The notes beneath the pieces are model-generated. The model was not told where the DNA came from. It made no database searches and worked only from the letters and a program-made list of their open reading frames with translations. Of a stretch of 44,459 bases of DNA, positions 8,714 to 18,700 are shown piece after piece. The position numbers were made by a program, and so were the translations under genes. This DNA comes from a virus, in the IMG/VR virus record IMGVR_UViG_3300010300_000001. One strand, 5' to 3'. Within the stretch, counting starts at the first letter, position 1. Every line of letters starts with the position of its first letter.

Positions 8714-11700
8714 TGGCACAGGCTGAGTTCCCCAAAAGGGGCCTGAACGACGACACGCCGTTTGGCGAGCAGCCGGCAATGACGACTCGGGATGCGCTCA
8801 ACGTGCGCACCATTGATCCGAGTACGGGCCGCAGCCGAGGAGCTCAGCGATCAGGAACCACCAAGTTCTTGCAGGGGGCCCTCAACGGGGCGCAGCCGGT
8901 GCAGGCCCTGGCGCAGACGATGCGCCCAAGAAACCAGTTTACGCTGACGAACCTGGGGTCCAACAACCTGACGACGACTACGGCCGCTTCGGGGTCCGTG
9001 GAAATTACAGGCACCATCACGATCCGCACGGCCATTCCGGGCTTCACGGTCGGCGACCGCGTGACAATCAGTGATGGCACCACCGCAATCACGTTTGAGG
9101 CCAGCTTTCAGGATGACAACGCCAGCGATAGTTCGTACGTGGCGTGGGAGGCCAACCCAAACAACGCGCCGCTGACGATGGCGCGGTTCGCGCAGAAGAT
9201 CAACGAGCAGTCCTTCAGCATTGGCGCAGCGGTGGACTCGACCAACTCGTCCAAGGTCCTGCTGCAAAACACCGACGCCGGCAGTGGCGCGCTGGGCAAC
9301 GTGGCTATTGTGGTCCAGGAGGATCTGGTAACGACCGACTGGGCCGCTACCGGCATGTCTGGTGGCACGGGCGGTGGCGACGACAACACCATCGAAGTGG
9401 AGTGGCAGCGCCGTCCAGCTGACGCAACTGAGACGAGCTGGATTGAGCTCGATGGCAACAACGTGTGGACCATCACGGACCGCGGTGTGGCTGAGCTCTA
9501 CAACCCGGACGGCGTGCTGGTCAACAGCATCGCACCGCGCATCCCTGAGGGGTTTACCATCGTCAACCGCGTGGCCGTGGCCAGTGACAGCTCGGTCTAT
9601 CTGGCGTGCAAGTCTGACGATGGCAAGGAAAGCCGGGTGTGGCGGTTCTACGCCCAGACGGACGTGTACGACGAGAAGTGGGAGTACGAGCTCCCCGGCA
9701 CGGTGCGGCAGCTACAGGCCGCATTCGGCGCTCTGTATGTGGTGTCCGACTGCGCGGACATTGATGGGTCCGAGTACGAGAACACGCCGCCCGGGATCTT
9801 TGTTGGCCTAACGGGCCTGAGCCTTAGCACGCCGCTAGAGGCGTTCCGTAACGAGTGTCCTATGCCCGTCACTAGCATGGACATTTCCAACCAGGGCCTT
9901 GTGGCGATGGCGCACCCGGCTGCGTCCAAGCGCGGTTTTCGGTCAGCGTCAGTCGAAACCCCGGCATCTAGCGCCCCTGACCTGTGGACGCCTTGGGATC
10001 TGACCAACTACCGCGAGCGACTGTACTTTTGGTGTCGCGCAGAGGATGCGGTGGATGAAAACGGCAGTCTGATTACAGACATTGGCGATCGCGTTGGCGC
10101 TGTGCCTGAGCATCGCCTGTCCCCCCCGGATGGCTATGAGCTGCCGTATGACGACACAGATCGTCGCCTGGTGGCGTCTTCTGACCGCCTAGCGCCTAGC
10201 TGGCGAACGGAAAACGGGGGCCGGCCGTATCTAGCGTTCAGCGCAAATACAGCTGAAGGCACCTCGCCGTCGGCCTTGGCCGGCACCGTGCTTGTTTCCA
10301 ACGGTGACAACTCTGTAGGCAATAAAGGCGCAGACCCGGAAAGCAAGCTGCCTAACCAGCAACGGCCGATCCCTAGTGATGACTCACTGTCATGGGTGAC
10401 TAGCTTCCTGTTGCGGTTGCCGTCAAACACGACTGACCAACAGGTGTTTTTGAGCTTCGAGCAGGGCATTAGCGGTGGCCCGGACTTCGGAATCATTATC
10501 AATACAGAAGGCGGTCTGTACGCTAGTACGCTGGTCGATGGCGAAAATTCAATTTGGGTGGATGTAGACCCTAGGCAGCTTGTAGCCGACGACATCAACA
10601 ACTCTGGTGACGCAACGTCTACGAAGATCGTTCGGTACTCCGACGAGCCAGGCCGCAGTGGATCAGCTCGCATGGCGCTAGTGACGCTAGTGTGGCATAG
10701 GGATCTGGCGCAAGACAGGTGCGTTGTCAGAGTCAACGGGCGTCACGTCGATACGTTTCGTGGCGTGGATAGGTGGGGGGGGTCAAATGGCAACTTTAGC
10801 ATCGGTTGCCGTCGAGCCGCCGCAGATGGCGTTCCCGCCGACGACGTGTACGAAAACAGCAGCGTAGAGCAGTGGAACAGCTTTACAGGGCGGCTTTATG
10901 AGTGGGTCACGGTTCTGGGGGACAGCAACAACGGCGTCACCGCCAACCTAGACGAGATTCCGTGCCCCCGCCCTGACGCAGCCAGCGGGCGCGGCGCAAT
11001 TGGTGGGCTGGACATTGGCTATGCAGACAGTGGCTCCGTGCCGCATCACGATGGCCGAGACAATCCAACCTCTGCCACAGAAGTCGAGCTCCTTGAGGGC
11101 TACCTGGCGCACAAGTACGGCGTAGCGTACATTCTCCCGCGCAGCTCGAGCTCTGGGGATCCCAGGTCCAGCTTCGGCTACTACGAGGCACACCCGTTTG
11201 GCGGGCCCGGCTGGTTGCCTGAGGGGCCGAACGCCACAAGCAAAAGCGCGTTCTACAGGCGCCAATGGACCAACGGAATGACGTTCTGGTCTGCCGGCGG
11301 CAACCTCATCGGCGGCTTGACCGGGGCGGGGATGTCTAGCGGTGTCGGGTGGGATGGCGAGGCAAGGCTGGTGTCTGGTGGCAAAGCCCAGGCCAAGCGC
11401 GGAGAGAGCCTCGACAACGAAACCTCAACGGCCTATCGGCGCACAGTCTTCTTTGGCAGCCGCGCAGTCACAGGCAAGTGCGCTACGGCCACGATTGACA
11501 TTTCTGCCAGCGTTAGCGTGGGGGCGACACTGACGCTGACTGACAACAGCAGCATCGTTACGTTCGAGTTCACCAATACTGCGCCGACGCCAGGCAACGT
11601 GCGGGTTGATACGTCGGTGACGGCTACCAGCCAGGACACCAAGCAGCGCCTCATTGCGCTAGAGTTCTTGGACCGCCTAGATGAGTCTGCACTGGACATC

Positions 11701-13518
11701 GTCGGCTTCATGCACGGCGAGCAGAACGATGGCTCAGACGAGCACTCTGTCCAGTTGATTCAGGAGCAGATAGGTGTGGTCCGCGAGCTCAACATCGCCG
11801 TGACTGGCACGGGCCTTACTGCGCCGACGGCTTTCTCGGGAGCGGAGGACACGCCGGATGGCGGTTGGCTGGCTCGGGTGCCTGACGATCTTGATCGGTT
11901 GTCGGTAGACCCCGCCGTCGGCACCAAGATCCGGTTTGACTCTGCCAACAACATCTACCTGCCAGATACGACGCTCACTAGCGTCAACAGCATCGTGCGC
12001 CGCAGCAAGGACACTGGTTCTGTGCAATGGCGCTACTTGTTCCTGGGCAGCGAAACGGCCAACGCCGTCATTCCGCTTGGAGACCCGTTGTCGTACGCAG
12101 GCGCCAGCCTTGACGGGCCGGAGTTCGTGTTTGCTGCCAGCCGCAACGGGCCCATTGAGAACGACACTCTGTGGAAGCTGCGCATCCTGCGCGTTGACGA
12201 GGACCTGACCGGCCAGTTGTCTACACGCGAAGCTATCTACTTAGGTGTTTGCGGTGGCAGCGTGGTCAAGTTCGAGCGTAACGGAACGGCACAGGCCGTG
12301 ACCGGCGGGGACAACTTGTTTAGCGCCGGCACGCCGTACATCCAGACTGCGGTTGTGCAGCAGAAGGTGTTCTTCACGGACGGCATTTCTGCGCACTACT
12401 ACGACGTGGAGGAGGATGCGGTCAAGCCGTACATCAGTGAGTCGCGTGGGGCCCCGCCCGTGCGATTCCGTCTGCTGGCAAGCTGGCGCAACCGCCTGGT
12501 TGCTGCGCGGGTGGCTGGCGACGAGACCAACTGGTACATGAGCCGGTCGGGCGATCCGTTCGACTGGGACGAGAACCCGCCCATTGTCGATGCTCAGCAG
12601 CCGGTGTCTGGCGATACCAGCAAGGGCCGGGTGGGCCAGGCCCCCGACGTTATCAATGCCCTGGTGCCCTGGTCAGACGACCTGCTGATCATTGGTGGCG
12701 ACCGCAGTATCTGGCGTATGACGGGAGACCCGATGCAGGGTGGCCAGGTGGACCTGGTGTCAGACTCCACCGGCATGGCCTTTGGCTCGCCGTGGACCAA
12801 AGACCCCAACGGGACCCTGTACTTCTTTGGCTCTCGAGGCGGTGTGTGGCGTATGCCGCCCGGTGGCCTGCCTGAGCGCATCACCACGTACAGCATCGAG
12901 AGGCGGCTGCGAGACCTAGACCTCGGATCGTTCCGGGTGTCGATGGTGTGGAACTACTACGACGAGGGGCTGCACGTCATTCCGGTGCCGTACAACCTGA
13001 GCTCGGTGGACGAGGTGCGCAGCTGGTTCTACGACGCAAAGCACGACGCCTGGTGGGAAGATTCTTGGATGAGCTCCGGCAACGGCGTTACCGCCGTGCT
13101 GCTGGTTGATGGCGACCTGCCCGATGACCGCCGCGTGCTCATGGGCTGCCAGGACGGGATTGTGCGCTACGTGGACCCGGCCGCCGTAACCGACGACGAG
13201 TTCCCCATCGACAGCCAGGTCCTGATTGGGCCACTGATGGGCCCGTCTGCGGAGCATGAGTCTCGATTTACCCGCATGACTGGCGTGCTGGGCGCGACGC
13301 TGGGTCCTGTTTCCTACGAGGTGCTGGTAGGCGAGGACTACGAAACCGCTGAGGTGGTGGATGTCGGGTACTGGAACCCGGGACGCAACCCTATCTCGCC
13401 GGTGCGGTGGACTGGGCCGGCGGCATGGATTCGCCTTGCCTCTGCTGAAGCCAACGCGTGGGCGCTAGAATCGCTGCACGTGGACGTGATTCCGACAACC
13501 AGAAAGAGGACGCGATGA
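8713..13518 (+). CDS. Large tail protein (1601 aa) with a LamG/concanavalin-like middle region and a nozzle/beta-propeller-like C-terminal region
   Basis: TGATG overlap with the upstream gene. The middle segment ...LVTLVWHRDLAQDRCVVRVNGRHVDTFRG...FSIGCR resembles laminin-G-type lectin folds. The C-terminal third has repeated W/G/D-rich strands (WYMSRSGDPFDWD, LLIIGGDRSIWRMTGDP). Confidence 0.45.
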   Translation: MAQAEFPKRGLNDDTPFGEQPAMTTRDALNVRTIDPSTGRSRGAQRSGTTKFLQGALNGAQPVQALAQTMRPRNQFTLTNLGSNNLTTTTAASGSVEITGTITIRTAIPGFTVGDRVTISDGTTAITFEASFQDDNASDSSYVAWEANPNNAPLTMARFAQKINEQSFSIGAAVDSTNSSKVLLQNTDAGSGALGNVAIVVQEDLVTTDWAATGMSGGTGGGDDNTIEVEWQRRPADATETSWIELDGNNVWTITDRGVAELYNPDGVLVNSIAPRIPEGFTIVNRVAVASDSSVYLACKSDDGKESRVWRFYAQTDVYDEKWEYELPGTVRQLQAAFGALYVVSDCADIDGSEYENTPPGIFVGLTGLSLSTPLEAFRNECPMPVTSMDISNQGLVAMAHPAASKRGFRSASVETPASSAPDLWTPWDLTNYRERLYFWCRAEDAVDENGSLITDIGDRVGAVPEHRLSPPDGYELPYDDTDRRLVASSDRLAPSWRTENGGRPYLAFSANTAEGTSPSALAGTVLVSNGDNSVGNKGADPESKLPNQQRPIPSDDSLSWVTSFLLRLPSNTTDQQVFLSFEQGISGGPDFGIIINTEGGLYASTLVDGENSIWVDVDPRQLVADDINNSGDATSTKIVRYSDEPGRSGSARMALVTLVWHRDLAQDRCVVRVNGRHVDTFRGVDRWGGSNGNFSIGCRRAAADGVPADDVYENSSVEQWNSFTGRLYEWVTVLGDSNNGVTANLDEIPCPRPDAASGRGAIGGLDIGYADSGSVPHHDGRDNPTSATEVELLEGYLAHKYGVAYILPRSSSSGDPRSSFGYYEAHPFGGPGWLPEGPNATSKSAFYRRQWTNGMTFWSAGGNLIGGLTGAGMSSGVGWDGEARLVSGGKAQAKRGESLDNETSTAYRRTVFFGSRAVTGKCATATIDISASVSVGATLTLTDNSSIVTFEFTNTAPTPGNVRVDTSVTATSQDTKQRLIALEFLDRLDESALDIVGFMHGEQNDGSDEHSVQLIQEQIGVVRELNIAVTGTGLTAPTAFSGAEDTPDGGWLARVPDDLDRLSVDPAVGTKIRFDSANNIYLPDTTLTSVNSIVRRSKDTGSVQWRYLFLGSETANAVIPLGDPLSYAGASLDGPEFVFAASRNGPIENDTLWKLRILRVDEDLTGQLSTREAIYLGVCGGSVVKFERNGTAQAVTGGDNLFSAGTPYIQTAVVQQKVFFTDGISAHYYDVEEDAVKPYISESRGAPPVRFRLLASWRNRLVAARVAGDETNWYMSRSGDPFDWDENPPIVDAQQPVSGDTSKGRVGQAPDVINALVPWSDDLLIIGGDRSIWRMTGDPMQGGQVDLVSDSTGMAFGSPWTKDPNGTLYFFGSRGGVWRMPPGGLPERITTYSIERRLRDLDLGSFRVSMVWNYYDEGLHVIPVPYNLSSVDEVRSWFYDAKHDAWWEDSWMSSGNGVTAVLLVDGDLPDDRRVLMGCQDGIVRYVDPAAVTDDEFPIDSQVLIGPLMGPSAEHESRFTRMTGVLGATLGPVSYEVLVGEDYETAEVVDVGYWNPGRNPISPVRWTGPAAWIRLASAEANAWALESLHVDVIPTTRKRTR

Positions 13519-13778
13519 CCGGCCGGGCATTGTCAGGCTCCATGAGCCAGGCGTATGGCGCGAAAGACCCGCGGGTGCGGCGAAACGCGCAAGCGTCGCT
13601 AGTCGAGTCGCAGGTTCAGATTGATGCAACGCTGAAGGTTGATGATCGGCAGCGGCTGGGTGTAGCCGGTGCCTCGGACCCTGGGCCTGCGCCCACGGAC
13701 ACTGTCGCCAATCTTGCGGCATACATTGAAACGCTTGTATCTGGGCTGCGATCAGCCGGATTGATTCAGGAGGACTGA
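13515..13778 (+). CDS. Hypothetical virion protein (88 aa)
   Basis: The ATG at 13515 forms an ATGA overlap with the stop of the 1601-aa gene. The track start at 13458 is probably too far upstream. Confidence 0.5.
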   Translation: MTGRALSGSMSQAYGAKDPRVRRNAQASLVESQVQIDATLKVDDRQRLGVAGASDPGPAPTDTVANLAAYIETLVSGLRSAGLIQED

Positions 13779-13779
13779 C

Positions 13780-14607
13780 ATGGTGTTGGGATCATTGTTT
13801 GGGAAAGACGGTCTAGACCTCTTCGGCCAAGGCGCGCAAGAAAAGGCCAACAAGGCCAATTTGCAGCAGCTCAAGAACATCCTCAATGAATTGGGGTATG
13901 GTCCCGACGCAGACCCATATTCGGCCTATGCCCAAACTACGGCCCTGTACGGTGATGCCGCTCAGGGACTGAAGAATCTGACTGGTAGCGCGTTCAGAAC
14001 AATTGGCAGGGGCCGTAGTGTTGGCCAGGCCACGTTCAAGGAGTCCATCGCGGCGCTCGAAGCCGGGTTTGCTCAAGGGCAGCAGGGCCTGCAAGACTCG
14101 ATTGCCGCCACCATTGAAAGCCAAGTTGCCATGCAGAAGCAGGCCATGGCCGCAGCGGCGCAGCAGGGTATGGGTAGTGGCCTACGCGGCACGCCGCAGG
14201 GTGCGCAGATGCGGGGTCTAATCGCCGACGCTACGCGCTCGAGCTCGCAGGCATTTGCTGACCTAGCCAGCCAGAGGGGCGCGTTGGGCGCGCAACAAGG
14301 CCAGATGATGGGCCAGGCGTACCAGCAGTTTGGCCAGGACCAGATGGCCAGTTACGCGCAGCAGGCACAGTTGCAGCAGAACCTTGGCACGCAACTAGCG
14401 CAGCTATACAGCAACCAAGCACAGGCTTACACGGACATAGCCGCCTTGCGTGCAGATGCTCGGAGCGGCTATCAGCACAAAGCTGGCCCGTCGCCTCTTA
14501 GTCAGATCGGACAGCTGGCCGGCGGCATTGGCGCTATGGCTATAGGGTTCGGGGGGCTCGGGGGAGCAGGAGCCGCGGGAGCAGCAGCCGGGGCAGCAGG
14601 AGCGTAG
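13780..14607 (+). CDS. Gln/Ala-rich internal virion protein candidate with a Gly/Ala hydrophobic C-terminus
   Basis: AGGAGG 6-7 nt upstream of the ATG. The C-terminus GGIGAMAIGFGGLGGAGAAGAAAGAAGA is glycine-zipper-like. Confidence 0.4.
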   Translation: MVLGSLFGKDGLDLFGQGAQEKANKANLQQLKNILNELGYGPDADPYSAYAQTTALYGDAAQGLKNLTGSAFRTIGRGRSVGQATFKESIAALEAGFAQGQQGLQDSIAATIESQVAMQKQAMAAAAQQGMGSGLRGTPQGAQMRGLIADATRSSSQAFADLASQRGALGAQQGQMMGQAYQQFGQDQMASYAQQAQLQQNLGTQLAQLYSNQAQAYTDIAALRADARSGYQHKAGPSPLSQIGQLAGGIGAMAIGFGGLGGAGAAGAAAGAAGA

Positions 14608-14609
14608 AC

Positions 14610-15698
14610 GTGGTAGACATCATTCATCAAAGCGGTTTCGGGTACGCGATGCAGGGCTTGGCTGACTTCGTCAAGCCTCTAGCCGAGGGCCTCGAGAAGG
14701 GCATCGACCTCAAAGAGAAACGGGAAGCTCAAAAAGAACGCAGCCAGCAGCGCGAGGCGATGCAGGGCATGCAGGCGTACATGCAGCATCTAGCGCGGGG
14801 CGAGAACCCGTTTCAGCCGCAACCTGGCCGCGACTGGCTGGACCCGCGACTGGACCCGGACATCATGCGCCTCAAGATTATGGCCGGGGACCGGGCCGGA
14901 GAGATCGACAACCTGCTGACCCCGATTGCTGAGCAGAACAAGCAGGGATTCTACTCAGGCGAGCTCCAGAACACGTTGCACGGCGCCGTTGCTGCGGGGA
15001 TGATGTCTGAGCATGAGGCCCAAGTAGCGCTACAAAGCGCGGAGCAGAGCGGTGACTATCAAGGCGCATACGACCTGGCCTTGCAGGGCATCGGTGAGGC
15101 TGAAGTGCGGCAGAAGGCGCACCAGACTTTGGAGATTGAGGCCGGTGCCATTGAGATGCAGCTCAGGCAAATGGGCGCAAATGCGCCTTACCCTGCCGTG
15201 GCCCACCTGGGGCGCATGAAGGCGCTCCTGGCTAATCCGCAGGCTGACGTGAATGTCGAGGCGCTGACCGGCGAGTTCTACGAGTTGATGTCAACGCACT
15301 ACCGCGAGATGCTGAAGCCAAGAGCCGATGCGTTTGGGATTCCGGCGCCGGCTCGCGGGCTGCCGTTGTACTACGATGTGGTGGGCTACCCTGAAGGGGC
15401 GCGGCCAGGCACGCCGTCACCCCCTCCGGCTCAAGGGCCGCAAGCTGGGCAACCGCAGCCGCAGGCTGAGACCAGCGGCGGGCAGCTGACAGGTGGGCAG
15501 CAACAGGCAACAGGACCCGCCAGCCAGGCCGCGACAATTACTGGCATGCTAAACGCTTTGCAGAACCAAAAGCCGGCCGCCATTGGTGTGTCTGAGTTCA
15601 CAAGCGATTACGAAACTAGCAACGTGTCTCCGCTGGGCCTTCGCGGCAACGTGCCCGGCAGCTATTACGGGCCGCCGAAGCGAAAGCGGAAGGATTAG
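14610..15698 (+). CDS. Internal virion protein candidate (362 aa)
   Basis: GTG start 3 nt after the upstream stop. Helical, Q/E-rich N-terminal half and P/Q-rich C-terminal part. Precedes the giant gene. Confidence 0.4.
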   Translation: MVDIIHQSGFGYAMQGLADFVKPLAEGLEKGIDLKEKREAQKERSQQREAMQGMQAYMQHLARGENPFQPQPGRDWLDPRLDPDIMRLKIMAGDRAGEIDNLLTPIAEQNKQGFYSGELQNTLHGAVAAGMMSEHEAQVALQSAEQSGDYQGAYDLALQGIGEAEVRQKAHQTLEIEAGAIEMQLRQMGANAPYPAVAHLGRMKALLANPQADVNVEALTGEFYELMSTHYREMLKPRADAFGIPAPARGLPLYYDVVGYPEGARPGTPSPPPAQGPQAGQPQPQAETSGGQLTGGQQQATGPASQAATITGMLNALQNQKPAAIGVSEFTSDYETSNVSPLGLRGNVPGSYYGPPKRKRKD

Positions 15699-15700
15699 GC

Positions 15701-18700
15701 ATGGCGACAGTCCAAGAGCCTCAGGACTTTACTGCGTTTGCTGACCGCTACTGGCAGGTCAGGGGCAGTGGCGGCCCTATTGGTGATGAGCAACTTCGTC
15801 CGCTGCTGGACGAGTTTGGCTTGCCGTACTGGTCTGGCATGGAGGCGGCGCTAGACGAGGGCGTCGGCAGGACCAAAGACTTTCGGACTGTTGTTGAAGA
15901 ATCGGAGCTGGCTGATTACCTGCCGTTCTTCGCTGGGGCGGCTCAGGTTGACGAGCTTCTTCAGATCAGAAGCGCAGCGAATGCGGTAGCCGAGGGCACC
16001 GCTACGCAAGAGCAGGAAGATGTGGTTATCCGCTACATGGTGGATATGGCCACGCCTGGCACGTGGGGCGGCCAAGTTGCTTCGCTGCTGGTTGACATGC
16101 CTGCATTCATGGGTGAGTTTGCAGCTAGTGGCGGCGTTGCATCTTTGCTGAAAACGGGCGGCAAGAAGGTTGCGGGTAAGCTGCTTCGAGAGACCATTGA
16201 CCAAGCGGCGCAAAAGCAGGCGGCCGGTGGCGTGATGAAATCGCTGGCCAAGCGGGGCGTCAACGTCGGTACTCACTTTGGCGTTCAGATGGGGCTTGGT
16301 GGAGTCGGCGGGCAGCGCATCATGGCCAGCACGCTACAGCGCACGCTGGGCCAGGCGGGCATGGTTTTGGATGAGAACCAAGCTGGCGAGCTCGAGGTGC
16401 TGATGAGCAGCACTCTGCCGCAGATCGAGGAGTCGCTCGACATTGGTATCACCGACTACGCCATTGAGGTGGCGTCCGAGATGAGCGGCGGCGCTATTGG
16501 CAAGGTCGTGCCTATCGACAAGCTGACCGGCATGGTGCTGCGAGGCATCCAGGCGCGTGCATTTGCCAAGGGAGCTCAAAAGTACGGCGTGGACAAGGCC
16601 ATGAACTTCCTGGCCAAGTCTGGGTGGAACGGCCCAATGAACGAGGTCTTGGAGGAGGTAGCCGGCAACGCAATGCGTGCAGCTGCCCCGAACCTCGAAG
16701 AGACTGCCGATGACATCATCCCGTCGTGGGAAGAGTTCACGGCAATGTACGTCGGCTTTGCGGTTCCGGGTCTGGCCGGCGGTGCTCTTGGGTTAGGGAG
16801 TGACTCAATGACCAGCGGGCCCGGCAAGCTGCCTAAGGGCGCAGCCCGATTTGAAACCGCCGAAGAGGCTGAGCAGGCCGGCCAGCGCATGGGCCTTGTC
16901 GAGCCTGTCGCATCGGAGTCGGCCGATGGCTTTGGCCTGCGGCGATACGCAGACGGACCCCTGGTAAGCGAGCAGGAGGTAAGTGCGCGCGTTCCGGCCC
17001 GGGCCCCGGCCCCCGACGCTGACGTGGACGCTGACGCTGAGCCAGGAACTGTAGATGCCGAGGTTGTAGATACTAAGGCGCCGCCCGCGGAAGAGCTCTC
17101 GGAGGAGGACGAAGACTTCCTGCTACAGCCGGAATACGAAGATTCGGATGTTCTGTACCAGCAGCTTGATGCTGGCGCGGAGGGTGAGTATCGCCGGGAG
17201 CGCGCGGCCGTGGTCTTTGATGAAGCTGAGCGGTACGCATCGGCCTCGGGGGAGCGCGCATACGTTGTCACGGACCCAAGCAACAGGGCTCTAAACTACG
17301 CGAGTCGCCAGGAGGCAATCGACCTGGTGCAGTCTGGCCAGGGCAAAGTCCTGGCCGTGCTCGAGCCTAGCCGCGAAGCTGAGCCTGCGCGCACAATCCT
17401 TCGCGACGCCCAGCAGGTGTGGGGGGCTAACGCGACCATTGTTGAGCCGAATCTGGAGCGCGAAGACGTGCGCGCAGCGCAAGAGCTGGCTAAGCGCGCC
17501 GGCGTGCGGTTTGTGATGGTTGATCCCGGCGAGGGCGCTGAAGACGCTCCGCTGGGCGCCTCGGCTCGCGTTGGGACAATTATGGTGAACGCGCGCAACA
17601 AGCCGCCGGCCGACGAGATTGCCGCGCATGAGCTTGTGCATGAACTGCGCCGCAGCAACCCGGAGCTCTTTGACCAGCTTGTCGATGTCCTTCAGCGCAC
17701 CGCCGGGGAGCGCATCGAAGAGGCGCGCGGCAGCCGGGATATGTCGGACGAAGAAGCGATAGCTCGGTACGCGGAGCCGCTCGCCAAGCTGATGCGCCGA
17801 ATGGGGACGCCACAGGGCCGTAAGCTGCTAAGGGACATTGCCCTTGAGCAACCGAGGCTGTTTGACAAGATTATTGACACTGTCCGCCGCATCCTGGCCA
17901 AGATCGGCCTTGTGCAGTCTCCGGTTATGGAGCGCAAGCGGCTGCGCATGCAGGAGCAGCTGGCCGATCTGGGCGAGCGCGTCACGCAGGAAGATGTGCG
18001 CGCCGCGCGATTGCTGCACGACTCGCTGACCTTTATTGGCAAAGCGCGCCTAGCCGGTTTGCTGACGGGCGACGAGCAGGGCGAGGTGAAGCTGCGCGAG
18101 GCTTACCTGGAGGAAGATCCTGACCGCGCCTTACGCTATCGCGACGACGACATGCTGGGGCAGAGCTGGGCGGAAGACAAAGAGCGCAAGCTGATTCTTG
18201 CGGACGGCACCGAGATCCCGTTTCGCTACAGAGTCGTCAATGCCAGCGACCTGCTGCCTAGCCATGACGCACGCAGAGGGTTTAGGCAGAACCCGGGCGG
18301 TGATAAAAACGAGCGCACGTATCACATTGAGAGCCAGTCAAAGGCGTCGCGCAAGAACGTCAGGGATATTGCCAGCGACCCGCAGCCGGAACGCATCTTC
18401 AATACCGCGCCAGACCCCAACACCGGGCCGCCTATCGTGACCCTAGATGGGGTTGTGCTGGGCGGCAATGCGCGCACCATGGGCTTGCAGCTGCTGTACC
18501 ACAATGCGTGGGAAAAGCAGGAGAACGTGGACGCCGCTGAACGCGTGGCACAAGCGGCGGTTCAGTTTGCCGCACGCGAGATGGGCGAAGAGGCCGAAGC
18601 TGTGGCTATTGAGCTGGAGCAACCCGTCATTGTTAGAGAGCTCCAGATCGCCACCATCCCCGGCGCGCTGTCGCGCGAACTAAACAAGGATGCCGCGGCG

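Noticed and set aside
9168-9200. CUGACGA followed by a GCGCG/CGCGC helix on the plus strand
   Set aside because: It is within the 1601-aa CDS. The helix is followed by GAAG, so A15.1 is absent, and there is no cleavage-site strand.
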